A stretch of 58,936 nucleotides of DNA from positions 12,282,944-12,341,879 of the forward strand of contig NC_068995.1 of NCBI RefSeq assembly GCF_001194135.2. The letters are read 5' to 3'. Made by a program: the position numbers and the translations under genes. Source of the stretch: Octopus bimaculoides. Taxonomy: Eukaryota. Under the pieces are notes generated by a model. That model did no database searches and was not told the DNA's origin. It saw only the letters and a program-made list of their open reading frames with translations. Below are positions 1 through 10,542 of the stretch, piece after piece. Numbering within the stretch: position 1 is the stretch's first letter; each line of letters starts with the position of its first letter.

Positions 1-116
1 ATATATGCATATGGAGTAATATAAGACGCCCTTCATTTGGTGGTGGCTGACTAATATTCTCTCGGCATATTTTACCATGTAGCCCTGTTCGTTTAAGTAG
101 GATGTATTACTGCGCT

Positions 117-330
117 AAGGTGCTGAGGTGGGACAAACGTTAGCACGCCGGGCAAAATGCTTAGCGTTATTTCGTATGTCTTTATATTCTGAGTTCAAAT
201 TCCGCCGAAGTCGACTTTGCCTTTTATCGTTTCGGGGGTCGATAAAATAAGTGCTAGTTCCGTACTGGGGTCGATCTAATTGACTGGCCCCCTCCGCAAA
301 AATTTCGGGCCTTGTGCCTAGAGGAAAAAA
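117..330 (+). mobile_element. tRNA-derived SINE, family B copy
   Basis: Nearly the same sequence as 2337-2550; Pol III B-box-like GAGTTCAAATTCC; body GCCTTT.ATC.TTTCGGGG.TCGATAAAATAAGT; ends GGCCTTGTGCCTAGAG plus an A-rich tail. Confidence 0.85.
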
Positions 331-429
331 GAAAAAAGAAATAAGAGGATATATTACAGCGCTATATACATTGGATTTCAATATATTCCATCTTGCCATG
401 TATATACGAATTTTTTTCTTACTTATTTT

Positions 430-606
430 CTCGGCCTGATGTAATAGAAAATACAAGATTTAATTATGATTTTGTCTAACATATTCCCCATATTGCAGCA
501 GTCCTTCAATTTTTCTATGCCCAGTAACAGAACTCGGAAGCCTGGGTTTCCAGCCAGACCTTTTGCGATAACCTTAAAGCCAGGAATTTTTTCATCGCCC
601 CTTCGT
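430..606. mobile_element. Degenerate mariner-derived MITE, older copy of the 770-984 element
   Basis: ATATTCCC...TATTGCAGC...CTTCA and the right end TTAAAGCCAGGAATTTTTTCATCGCCCCTTCGTA align with the interior and right TIR of 770-984; left TIR eroded. Confidence 0.6.
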
Positions 607-769
607 ATATATAAAGGAATATAATTGATATTTTCTAATATCAAGATTTCTTCCGCTACACAATATTTCGAAATATCGTGGAAGCTTCTGATATGTAATT
701 TACTTTTATGCAATTTCCAGCGACAAAGTTTAAATTATTGATGTTTTGCCGTTGGATCATATATACGTA

Positions 770-984
770 CGTGGGCGTGCTGAAAAGTTCCTAGTTTTAA
801 GTAAACGAAAATAAAGGAGGATCCGTTAATCATGATTTTAAGATATTCCCTTCTCAGTTTCACACACTTATTGCAGCGGTTCTTCAGTTTTTTTCTAAAC
901 CCTGTGAAAGAACTCTGAAATTCGGGCCTCCAAACAGGGCTTTCGCGACACCCTTTAAGCCAGGAACTTTTCAGCACCCCCAAG
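770..984. mobile_element. Tc1/mariner-derived MITE (215 bp) with TIRs and TA target duplication
   Basis: Left end CGTGGGCGTGCTGAAAAGTTCCT and reverse complement of right end CTTGGGGGTGCTGAAAAGTTCCT match at 21/23; TA at 768-769 and 985-986; minus strand encodes a mariner C-terminal remnant FTGFRKKLKNRCNKCVKLRREYLK. Confidence 0.85.
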
Positions 985-1933
985 TAAGCCTCTACTGAAT
1001 AATCCTCTTTTCGTTTGTTTTTACTAAAGCGAAAATTCCGATATTGAAGAATAGAGAGAGCTGATGTACGTCATTTCCCGAAGAGAGTTGGCGGTGTAAC
1101 GGAAAGGGAAATATTTATATACGTAAATCGATTCTTCGCCGTTCACTCACCTCTTCAGATGTTTTAAAATTTTTACTGTGAACTAAGAAGGCAATTATTA
1201 TCGCTGCAGATAAGTTTACTGAGTCACGTGGCAACCATCTCCGTCCGATTGTTGAATAGGATGACACGAAATGTAATAAATCTATTATCAGTAGAGTTAT
1301 GAAAATCTCGCAAGAAATTAGTCTAGACTTTCAATAGATAAAATTCAAAGCTGAGGCAGCAGATAAAATGGACATAAAAATGGCAAATTTGATGACCATA
1401 ATGAAGATCTATGCTGATATAGACTTCTATGATCAGCGATTCCGTGAGTTGAGTTATAGCCGCTAATATACATCGTACTCGGTAATGTAAGAAAGTTTTT
1501 GTTGTGTTAGTTGATCTTATTTATAATAACAGTAATGTACGCAGTGCTGATCTGTGTTTTGTGTAAAGAGACTTAATAGCTTGTCTGAACAACTGTTAAT
1601 GAGGATATACAGGTAAGGAAGTAATAGCGTAACTCATGAGTATTTTCTGTCTGCATGCAATGCTTTGAGAGGAATAAATGAAAGAATTGATGTGGTAGAA
1701 GACTTGCAAATATGAGCTGGAAGATTTTTATGTTCTGCCACAGGACACACCGTCGTAATTGAAGGAAACAATACTTACCTCTAAAATGAAAACTTCGTTT
1801 TCTTTTGCGTTACGATTCATTGGCGTTTCAGAATTTAAAATGAAAAGTGCTCACCGCCGTTTGGCAGATGTGGCGGTGTGAACTTTATGTGGTTTGCATT
1901 ACTTTTGAACTTCAGCTCCTCTTAGGGTATAGC

Positions 1934-1978
<45 letters not shown>

Positions 1979-2008
1979 GACAGACAGAGGCAGACAGAGA
2001 CACAAACA
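1934..2008. repeat. (GACA)n tetranucleotide microsatellite
   Basis: Direct reading. Confidence 0.95.
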
Positions 2009-2336
2009 GAGGGGCACAGCTAAATTTGCTGTGTCTAGAGATATACTACATGAATAAATTAAGCGCTTTCGGTTACCGCTACCGCAGTAACTTACGGAGG
2101 TTCTTGGCACAGTGGTCAGCTGTTCGGCTCAAATCATGAGACGGTGGATTCAGTTCTTGAACCAAGTCATTGCAATATGTCTTTGACGGAGGTACTTCAT
2201 TTGACATTCGTCTAATTTCTTCAGCTGAAAAATATATCCTGACTTTTCGTCCTAAGATGTGACATGCTCGAAGTTCCACAGGGTCAGTAGGCGGGAAAAC
2301 TATCAATGTTGTGTGTCTATATATTCCATCGCGTTT

Positions 2337-2550
2337 GGCGGCGAGTTGGCAGAAACGTTAGCACGCCGAGCGAAATGCTTAGCGTTATTTCGTCTGTCTT
2401 TACGTTCTGGATTCAAATTCCGCCGAGGTCGACTTTGCCTTCCATCCTTTTGGGGTCGATAAATTAAGTACCAGTTGCGTACTGGGGTGGATCTAATCGA
2501 CTGGACTCCTCTCCAAAATTTGCGGGCCATGTGCCTAGAGTAGAAAAGTA
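2337..2550 (+). mobile_element. tRNA-derived SINE, family B, full length
   Basis: GGCGGCGAGTTGGCAGAAACGTTAG head (A-box-like), GGATTCAAATTCC (B-box-like), family body, 3' GTGCCTAGAGTAGAAAAG. Confidence 0.9.
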
Positions 2551-2696
2551 TATATTCCCTCGCGACAACGAAGACACTTAAAGCAATAAGAAGAAGGCAT
2601 GGTGTATGCAACCATACTATACTCGCTTGCGAGTGTCGTTTTTTTTTTCTTTTACTAAATTTCATTACTTTAAATATGTTACATTTTTACACAAAA

Positions 2697-2912
2697 TATT
2701 CTTTTCTACTCTAGGTACAAAGCCACAAATTTTGGGGGAGTGTGCCAGTCGATTAGATCGACCCCAGTACGCAGCAGGCATTGAATTTATCCATCCCGAA
2801 AGGATAAAAGGCAAAGTCGACATCGTTGAAATTTGAAATCCAAACGTAAAGATAGACGAAATACCACTAAGCATTTCATTCTGCGAGCTTACCGTTTCTG
2901 CCAGTTCACAGT
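2697..2912 (-). mobile_element. SINE family B, full length, inverted relative to 2337-2550
   Basis: Reverse complement aligns end to end with 2337-2550. Confidence 0.88.
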
Positions 2913-3422
2913 CTTTCTTACACAAAATATTTTTTACACTTTTAATTCAATTCCTAAAAGTATTTAATTAAAAATATGTAATAGTATTAACAAGAAAACA
3001 CTGAATGGCTATAAGGGTCCAGTATAGTAAAAAAGGAATCAAAGAGTTCCACAAGCAAAAATGGTTGACAAACACTGTGCTTACCGAATGTGATGGTGGT
3101 CTGGATGATCAAACTGCTGAAAACGCGTCGTCGAAACGACAGGGATATATAGACGACCAATGATTGCATCCAAGTGTCTGTGGGGAGAACTTGCCATATT
3201 TACTGATTTCTTTATTTTCGTTGCGTAGCCAGTAAAGATCGATGGTATTGATCGCAGTACAAGACCAATACATATTTGATCAAATATGTGTTAGTTTGAA
3301 AGGTAAATTTGCAAGTAGAGATAAGAGCAACAAATACAGAAAGGTGAGAGAGTAATATAGTTTGACTTAATCTGTTCAACACTTTGGCGTTTCTGTTATC
3401 TCAGTCTTTCACTTAACAAAAC

Positions 3423-3638
3423 TATTGGTTTCAAATATCAGCACAAGACCAACAATTTCGGGGGAGGAGTAAGTCAGTTAGATCGGCCCATTGCGCATCT
3501 GATACTTATTTCATCGACCCCGAAAGGGATGAAAGGGGAAGTCGACCTCCGCGGACTTTGACCAAAAAACTGAAATACGGACGAAATATCGCTATGCATT
3601 TTGTCCGGTGTGCAAGCGATTCTGCCACCTCAGCGCTT
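3423..3638 (-). mobile_element. SINE family B (GGTTTCAAATTTTGGCAC-tail variant)
   Basis: TACTTATTTCATCGACCCCGAAAGGGATGAAAGG..AAGTCGACC and GATTCTGCC are the reverse complement of the family B body and head. Confidence 0.8.
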
Positions 3639-3720
3639 TATTGGTTTCAAATTTTGGCACATGGTCGACAATTTCAGTTGGTAAATTTGTGTTGTTGTTG
3701 TTGGTGTCATTTTTATTAGA

Positions 3721-3910
3721 GGCACAACGCGTAGCAACTTGGGCAAAATGCTTAGCGGCAGTTAGACTATGTTAACATTCTGTTTTCAAATGCCACCCCG
3801 ATCGATGTTGCCTTTCATCCTTCCGAGGTCATTAAAATAAATACCATACAGTCGACTTACCCACTTACCTGCAAATTTCAGGCCTTATGCCTATAATAAA
3901 AACGATTATT
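3721..3910 (+). mobile_element. Degenerate SINE family B with ATT-rich tail
   Basis: GGGCAAAATGCTTAGCGG, GCCTTTCATCCTTCCGAGGTC, AAATTTCAGGCCTTATGCCTATAAT followed by ATTATT. Confidence 0.75.
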
Positions 3911-3935
3911 ATTTTTGTTATTTAATTATTATTAT

Positions 3936-4410
3936 TCATTGTACATGCCAACAAAGTGACCCTGGGGTAAAGTATACGAAGCCCAGTATACCCATCATGA
4001 CTACCCATCTAAGAGTACGCCAGGAACATGCATCACAACCATATGTGTCCGACAAGGTGATCTCATATCAAGATAAATTGCATGACCTTGCAGTTGGGGC
4101 CCAGTTAGAATTTTCTTTAGGTCGAGTAGCCCATCCCGCTCAAAAGGTCACTGAATAAAGGTTGTTTAAAGATGTTGAACGAAAGACCCATATTTCCAAA
4201 GGAGAATTATCCGAACCGCAAAAAATTCCTGTCAACACATGGCTATGATGCTCCACCACTACTCCTGCTCGTGGTCAGAGATGCACATACCGTCAGTCAC
4301 CAGAAGATATGTTCAACTGGCTACGCTGAAGCAACTGACAAGCAAATCTGTGGTATTGAGTATATATTTACTGTAGCCTATCTTTTTTACCAAGACAAAA
4401 CAATGTACGT
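3936..4410 (-). mobile_element. Unclassified interspersed repeat of about 470 bp, probably a retroposon 3' end or non-autonomous retroposon
   Basis: GC-richer block between ATT tracts that I recognise as a recurrent octopus repeat; single copy here; orientation inferred from the (AAT)n abutting its left end. Confidence 0.45.
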
Positions 4411-4479
4411 AATAATACTTCCTATCAGTTAAGATGAGAAGACATGAAAGCCACTGCTTGGTACTGCATCAGGGCATTT

Positions 4480-4615
4480 ATTATTACTGTTGTTGTTATC
4501 ATTATTATTATTATCATTATTATCAACATCATCATCAATATCATCATCATTATTATTATTTCTATTATTATTATTATTATTATTGTTTATATTATTATTA
4601 TTCTTATTATATTTT
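4480..4615. repeat. (ATT)n/(ATC)n compound microsatellite
   Basis: Direct reading. Confidence 0.95.
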
Positions 4616-5102
4616 GCTATTCTTCAACGCTGAAATAATCTATATTAATCCGAATTTCATTTCCTGCTACGGCAATATGAATTGTGTCATTTTCTTTTTA
4701 TTGCCGTAATCTTTCAATCCTTATTTCGCACAGATATCCCATCATTCTTTCACTAATTACTTCCGTTTTGCTAACGAAATTCCTCCATATTTTCACAATT
4801 TTTCACTGATTCTTTGTTTTGCAGATTTTTTTTATACCCTTGTTATTGTTGTTATCTAAATGCAAGGAGTTTTGTAGGTTATTGGGAAAGGAAATCCAAA
4901 GTTATGTCACGCAAAACGTGTCGCAGTGTATGAATAAAGCAGAAGAAATGAAGCCTTTGAATCGAAACTGTACCGAAATTTTCTTCAAATCTTGCATTAG
5001 AAATTTTAAACAAATTTTTTCTTCGTGATCTTTTTGAGAGTCAATCCACGAAGGCCACGAATGCTTTTATCGATATTCTCTATATTTATCTATCTAACAC
5101 TT

Positions 5103-5133
<31 letters not shown>

Positions 5134-5447
5134 GTCAGTCTTTTTCTCTCTATTTCTCTCTCTCTCTGTTTCTCTCTCTCTGTCTCTCTCTCTCTCTCGA
5201 TATATATAAATATATATATATNNNNNNNNNNGGATGGTTGTACATTTACAGATTTTTATTAATATGTCACATGCTTTTATAAATTAGCGCTTACATCTAT
5301 TCTTGCAGAATCTCCAGAATATGTATATATGTATATATATATACACATGTATGCTGGAGTGCTTATATGCACCACAGGTCACCATGAGAGGTTGTTTCAT
5401 GGTAATTATCGCAGAATTTTATGCTTATATATGTGTGTGTGTATGTG

Positions 5448-5479
<32 letters not shown>

Positions 5480-5519
5480 TGGTTGTGTGTGTCCGTCTTC
5501 TTCTCAATAAACAATAGAT

Positions 5520-5760
5520 TTGCTGCTAGTTGTTGATTTAACCCGGTAAAAATAACAGTCAGATCGCCCTCCAACTACACACAGTCTCTCTTAAGAGAGG
5601 ATACAGATACAGTGGGTAATGTATGCTGAACCACACTCAACCTGAACAAAACATGATGAAGAGTTTATGGCTTCAATGGCTTTCTTTTTGGTTCAATCTG
5701 AGCCAATATGGGTCTTAACTCTAATAACAATTGAAGCAAAGTTTCATTCCAAGCAACGTA
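5520..5760. mobile_element. Dispersed repeat family D copy
   Basis: AAATAACAGTCAGATCGCCCTCCAACTACAC is the reverse complement of motifs at 8103, 39662 and 54919. Confidence 0.5.
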
Positions 5761-5959
5761 AATTTTGCGCCTTTTTTTCTCCAGCTGTTTTCATTTCTGA
5801 TAAAAATTCCATTCAGTGGATGTTGACTATGATTAGTTAAGTACTTAACATTTAGTAAGTGTAAACTCGCAACGAGTCGAGGGGACAGCAGGAGAAATTT
5901 TCAGAGGCAAAAACTCCCGTCCAGCATGTGTTTCGGCACCTTAGTTCCTGATTCTTTAA

Positions 5960-6060
5960 GCTCACCAGGCCCCCTTATGTCATGACTCCTTGGTGTCCTC
6001 CTGCTTATTTCTCAAGGTGGCCTTTAGTGTGGATTGAACCCTGGACCTTCGGATGATCTT
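5960..6060 (-). mobile_element. SINE 5' (tRNA-like head) fragment
   Basis: Minus strand AGGTCCAGGGTTCAATCCACAC (B-box GGTTCAATCC) followed by a CACCTTGAG CORE-like start. Confidence 0.45.
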
Positions 6061-6065
6061 ATTTA

Positions 6066-6447
6066 TCTTTTTCTCTTTTACTTGTTTCAGTCATTTGACT
6101 GCGGCCATGCTGGAGCACCACCTTTAATCGAGCAGATCAACCCCAGGACTTATTCTTTGTAAGCCTGGTACTTATTCTATCGGTCTCTTTTGCCGAACAG
6201 CTAAATTACGGGAACGTAAACACATCACCATCGGTTGTCAAGCGATGTTGGGGGGACAAACACAGATACACAAACACACACACACACANNNNNNNNNNNN
6301 NNNNNNNNNNNNNNNNNNNNNNNNNNNNNNNNNNNNNNNNNNNNNNNNNNNNNNNNNNNNNNNNNNNNNNNNNNNNNNNNNNNNNNNNNNNNNNNNNNNN
6401 NNNNNNNNNNNNNNNNNNNNNNNNNNNNNNNNNNNNNNNNNNNNNNN

Positions 6448-6498
<51 letters not shown>

Positions 6499-6656
6499 GA
6501 CGGGCCTCTTTCAGTTCCCGTCTACCAAATCCACTCAGAAGGCCTTGGTCGGCCGAGGCTGTAATAGAAGACACTCGCCCGAGGTGCCACGCATTGGGAA
6601 TGAACTCGGAACCATGTGGCTGGTAAGCAATCTAATTACCACAAAGCCACTCCTGT
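6066..6656 (-). mobile_element. tRNA-derived SINE, family A, full length with internal (TA)n(TG)n tract and N gap
   Basis: Reverse complement aligns with 47373-47797: head GGAGTGGCTTTGTGGTAATTAG, GGTAGACGGGAACTGAAAGAGGCCCGTCG, tail GCATGGCCGCAGTCAAATGACTGAAACAAGTAAAAGAG. Confidence 0.92.
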
Positions 6657-7944
6657 GTCTGAATTGTCATGGATACCGCTCGGTTCCAAAAATCACTGAA
6701 AGATCTTGCACTGTGAATCTTCATCTTTTTAAATCCGTGTTTTACTCCCATCGTTTCCTGCTTAGCACCTTGCAGTATTCTGGAAATTTCCAACACTAAT
6801 ACCTGTTATTTTATTTGTGACAAACAAGTGAAATGGCTCGAATAAAAACCGAACATACATTTTACTTTACAGATATCGTTCCTTTCAACATTAACACGCA
6901 GTATGAGTTATATTTCAATCCTTGTCCTGATCGAGTAAACCTATGATATAAAGCATTCTATCTGTGATGTCCCTTGAGGGGGATTTATAAGACAAATACC
7001 GGTAATATTTTGATGTCGATTACAGTTGATTGTATCGAATCGTTTAAAAATCTCTTTGCATTCTAGCAATATACGTAAAAACAATAATATATATATTTTA
7101 CATGCCTCTCCCACACCATTCTCCCGTTGAAATATGTCTCTTGTACATGGTATTTTACAGTATGAATTATCTTGTGTGTCTTTGCATTCTTGCATTACTT
7201 TTGACCTTGCTTCGTAAACTCAAATATTTCACTGTTTCTATTTTCAGCTTATTCTTATGTTCCGGTGAATTATTTTTCCACTATAATTTTCTGTAATTTC
7301 CACTGCTGGATAGGTTCCCATGTATTATCCCAAGATGCGTTTATTTACTTTTTTTTTTTACTTATTTATTTATTTAGATAGTTTCACGTACGTATATATT
7401 TACTTATTTACATTTCTATTTTGTGATATCTTTCGAATCCGTATATTTCTTTCCCTCCATCTTGAAATGTTTATTTTAGACTCTTGCCAAGTTGTTATTC
7501 ATTTTTTTTTTCTCTCCTTTTATTTCTTTTTACTATACTGGTTCTCCATCATCGTCCAATGTCTTCAAGTGCTAGGAAGCTATTTCCACACATCCATTCC
7601 TTCCGCATTCCACGTTGATAATACTGTTCAAGAATTGGCTAGCGTCAGCGAACAAGAAGAAAGCTCTCAGCTAACCGAGATTGCTGCCGCATTTCCATTT
7701 TCGGTTAAGGCAATTTCACTTCTTTAGCATCGCTAATGCCTTCTCCCCTACGATCTTTATGCATAATCTAAACAAACTGATATCATCCCTACGTCGTCAC
7801 TCTAGTTCTTGTTTTTCGTGCTGTTGTTGTATTTGTCATTGTTGTTGTTGTTGTTACTGGTGGTCGTGGTAGTGGTGGTGGTGGTCGTCGTCGCCGTCGT
7901 CGTCGTCGTGCTTGGTGAAGCTGGTGCTGGTGCTGGGGCTGAAG

Positions 7945-8160
7945 GTGGTGCTGCTTAGCCCCAGCTCAGCTTCGATGTCGCCGCATTCTAGATGTAGAAT
8001 TGAAGACGTTTCAGCCGTCGCCATGTTGCTTCATTTTTCTGTCACAGTTTATCTAGTACTACATTATTCAAGAAACCTTTTTCCTATTTAAAACGATAGT
8101 GTGTGAGTTTAGGGAGATTTAGTTGCTATTTTTAGCAAACGATCTTACCACGTAGACGGA
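7945..8160. mobile_element. Degenerate family D copy
   Basis: TTAGCCCCAGCTCAGC at the left end and GAGTTTAGGGAGATTTAGTTGCTATTTTTAGC near the right end match other D copies. Confidence 0.45.
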
Positions 8161-8194
8161 CCCCCCTCTACTCAAACTCCGAGTGTTTTCATGT

Positions 8195-8400
8195 TTGACT
8201 TTGAGTGCTGCGGCCACGCTGGGGCTATACTTTGAAGGGTTTAATCGAACGGAAGAATTAATCTCAGTACACACTTTGTGAATTTGGTACATATATCACT
8301 GAATAGCGAATTATTGTTTAACCATTACGTTATGGGACATAAGCAGCACAACCATAAACAAACACACACACACACACATACATATGCATGCATATGTGTG
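8195..8400 (-). mobile_element. SINE family A-related 3' fragment
   Basis: TGCGGCCACGCTGGGGC...TTTGAAGGG...TTACGTTATGGGACATAAGCAGCAC followed by (CA)n. Confidence 0.55.
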
Positions 8401-8674
8401 TGTGTGGGGGGTGTAAACAAACTTTCATTTTGTTTTTAGACGCGTCGAATTTGTATCGTATTGTATAGACAAGAAGGTAATATTTCGAACATTAAAAAAA
8501 CTGAAAGATTGGGTATTATTAACCGTGTAAAACGGAAAAACTTATAACAGTAATAATACGCAATCTTTCTGCTGTTTTCACGCCTGTACGGCATTCGAAA
8601 TATTGCCTGCTTTGCCGTACGATACGATATGATAATCTTTACTTAAGATTATTATATAAGTATACTGTATATGT

Positions 8675-8726
<52 letters not shown>

Positions 8727-9129
8727 ACAGATACAATTGAAGACAAAAGAGTGAAACCCTGGGATTCAAGAATACGCAGTGATGGAATCTGAAGTTCAAT
8801 GACTTTGAAATTCAGGGAATTCAAGACAAGCATGATTCAAGACAAAGCAACACAAGCAGACAGCGAGATTAATACAAATGTAGCAGAATCAGACTTCCGA
8901 TCTATGCTTCAAATGTCGTTTCAAACAAGTGTATAAATTACTCGGATACGCGTATCTTGTGTTTATTGAAATGCACAAAATAATTATTTATGTTCTGTGA
9001 TCAACTCTATAAAACAATCAAAGTGAATGATATTTTCATTTTGATCCGGCTGCTCTATGATCAACATAAATTATCATAGTATTTGATGGGGTTTTATTTG
9101 GACGATTGATAAGTCACGTTATGACAGTG

Positions 9130-10020
9130 AAGAAGCCCATTGCTGTGATCAAGGAGAAAAATCCTGCATAGGCTGAGGATTTGAACCAGTTTTGGCGTAT
9201 TAAAAACATCACCATCAAATGAATGTAATGTAGCAATCGTTGTGCAAACAATTAACCTCATTCGTTGACACGCATTAAATTATCAGCTACTCTGAAAATA
9301 ATCTGCAAAGGGATTAGTAAGGAATGTTTAAATGTGCCATGAAGAGGCATTCTGCCTAAGTCACGACTTCTATGGGGGTTTTTGTTGTTGGTGTTTTATA
9401 TTTAGTGGAATTTCATAATTCTGAAAGTTTCCAAGCATCAACGATCCTATTTGTGATTAATTTTCAAAATAGACAATTTATTATTAACCTAGGGCATTTG
9501 GACAACACTGCCAGCATCCGAGATGAATCCAATATGTCGATGCAGAAAAAGAATCTGGCAATGACTGAAGCCAGACGAAAGATGTGCTATTTACAAGAAA
9601 ATTATCAATTTAAAGTTGCAAATTTGGTACAAGAAACCTACAGAAATTTCTCATCCTGAATGGCTTACTTAGAGAAGTTAAATCATTGCATTGCATACAA
9701 CAATACAGTGAGATGTCTAGAACCATACAGAATTTCCAATACCAACTTTAAGGTTTATATCTTTGATATTGAAAGGCTTAAAAAGGGCTTGGTTCAGATG
9801 CAGTGGGTTATTTTATTTGATATGTTTACTATGAGTAGCAACTGTGCATAAATGCAAGATGGCATTAGTTTTGATTTTGCAGTCAGAATGACTACAAAAT
9901 GGAAACTAATTTCGAAAAGGCTTTGCTACAGCACAGTGTTTTGATGTGCAGATACTGGAGCTTAACTTGTGCTATTATAAGGGGAAGGTACTCTGTGAAA
10001 CCGAACATGAAATTGTCTTC
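9130..10020 (+). pseudogene. hAT-superfamily transposase relic (Charlie/SPIN/GTF2IRD2-like), with stops and frameshifts
   Basis: Ordered motif remnants: AHCCDQ (cf. HCxxHQ), VVQTINLIR*HALNYQ (cf. VVKxVNFIRSRxLNHRQF), NLGHLDNTASIRDESNMSMQKKN (cf. DLAFLVDITxHLNELNLxLQGK), ALVLILQSE and YWSL; alignment done by eye against my recollection of the family consensus. Confidence 0.65.
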
Positions 10021-10481
10021 ATAGATCAGATAACACTGTCAGAAATACTAACATTGCCAGGAAAACACTCGTAAGTACGAACCGATGTTATAGTGTACAT
10101 TTAGCGTTTTACTGTCTCTGATTTTTTTTGTTTTATAACATAAAATCACTCTAAGAACAAGTACATATAAAGATTATCGTTCTTGTAAATTCTGTTTGCA
10201 CTTTTTACAATGCATTACTATGCATTTTAACTGTTCTATCTTTGGCTCTTCGTACATAAAATAAAACAAAGGAATCGACAACTTTTGAAATCATTCTAGA
10301 TCCAATAGTACCCGGGAGGATGATTTCAAAAGGATTTTATAGAGACGCTAAGAACATCGGATAAGTCTGTTACGGTCTGCACTCACCAAACACTTTCTGT
10401 CTCAGAATATATATCTATACATTATATTATAATATATATATATATGTATATTATATTATATATTTAATATATATATATATT

Positions 10482-10542
<61 letters not shown>

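Noticed and set aside
115-456. ORFs sharing RQSRxRRNLNxE (also 2303-2665, 29351-29611 and 30129-30419)
   Set aside because: Antisense translations of the same SINE B sequence, not a protein family
4172-4432. 86-aa ORF MLNERPIFP...
   Set aside because: Lies inside an interspersed repeat; no homology recognised
7995-8040. Hammerhead-like GAAACGTC on the minus strand
   Set aside because: No CUGANGA core; lies within a family D remnant
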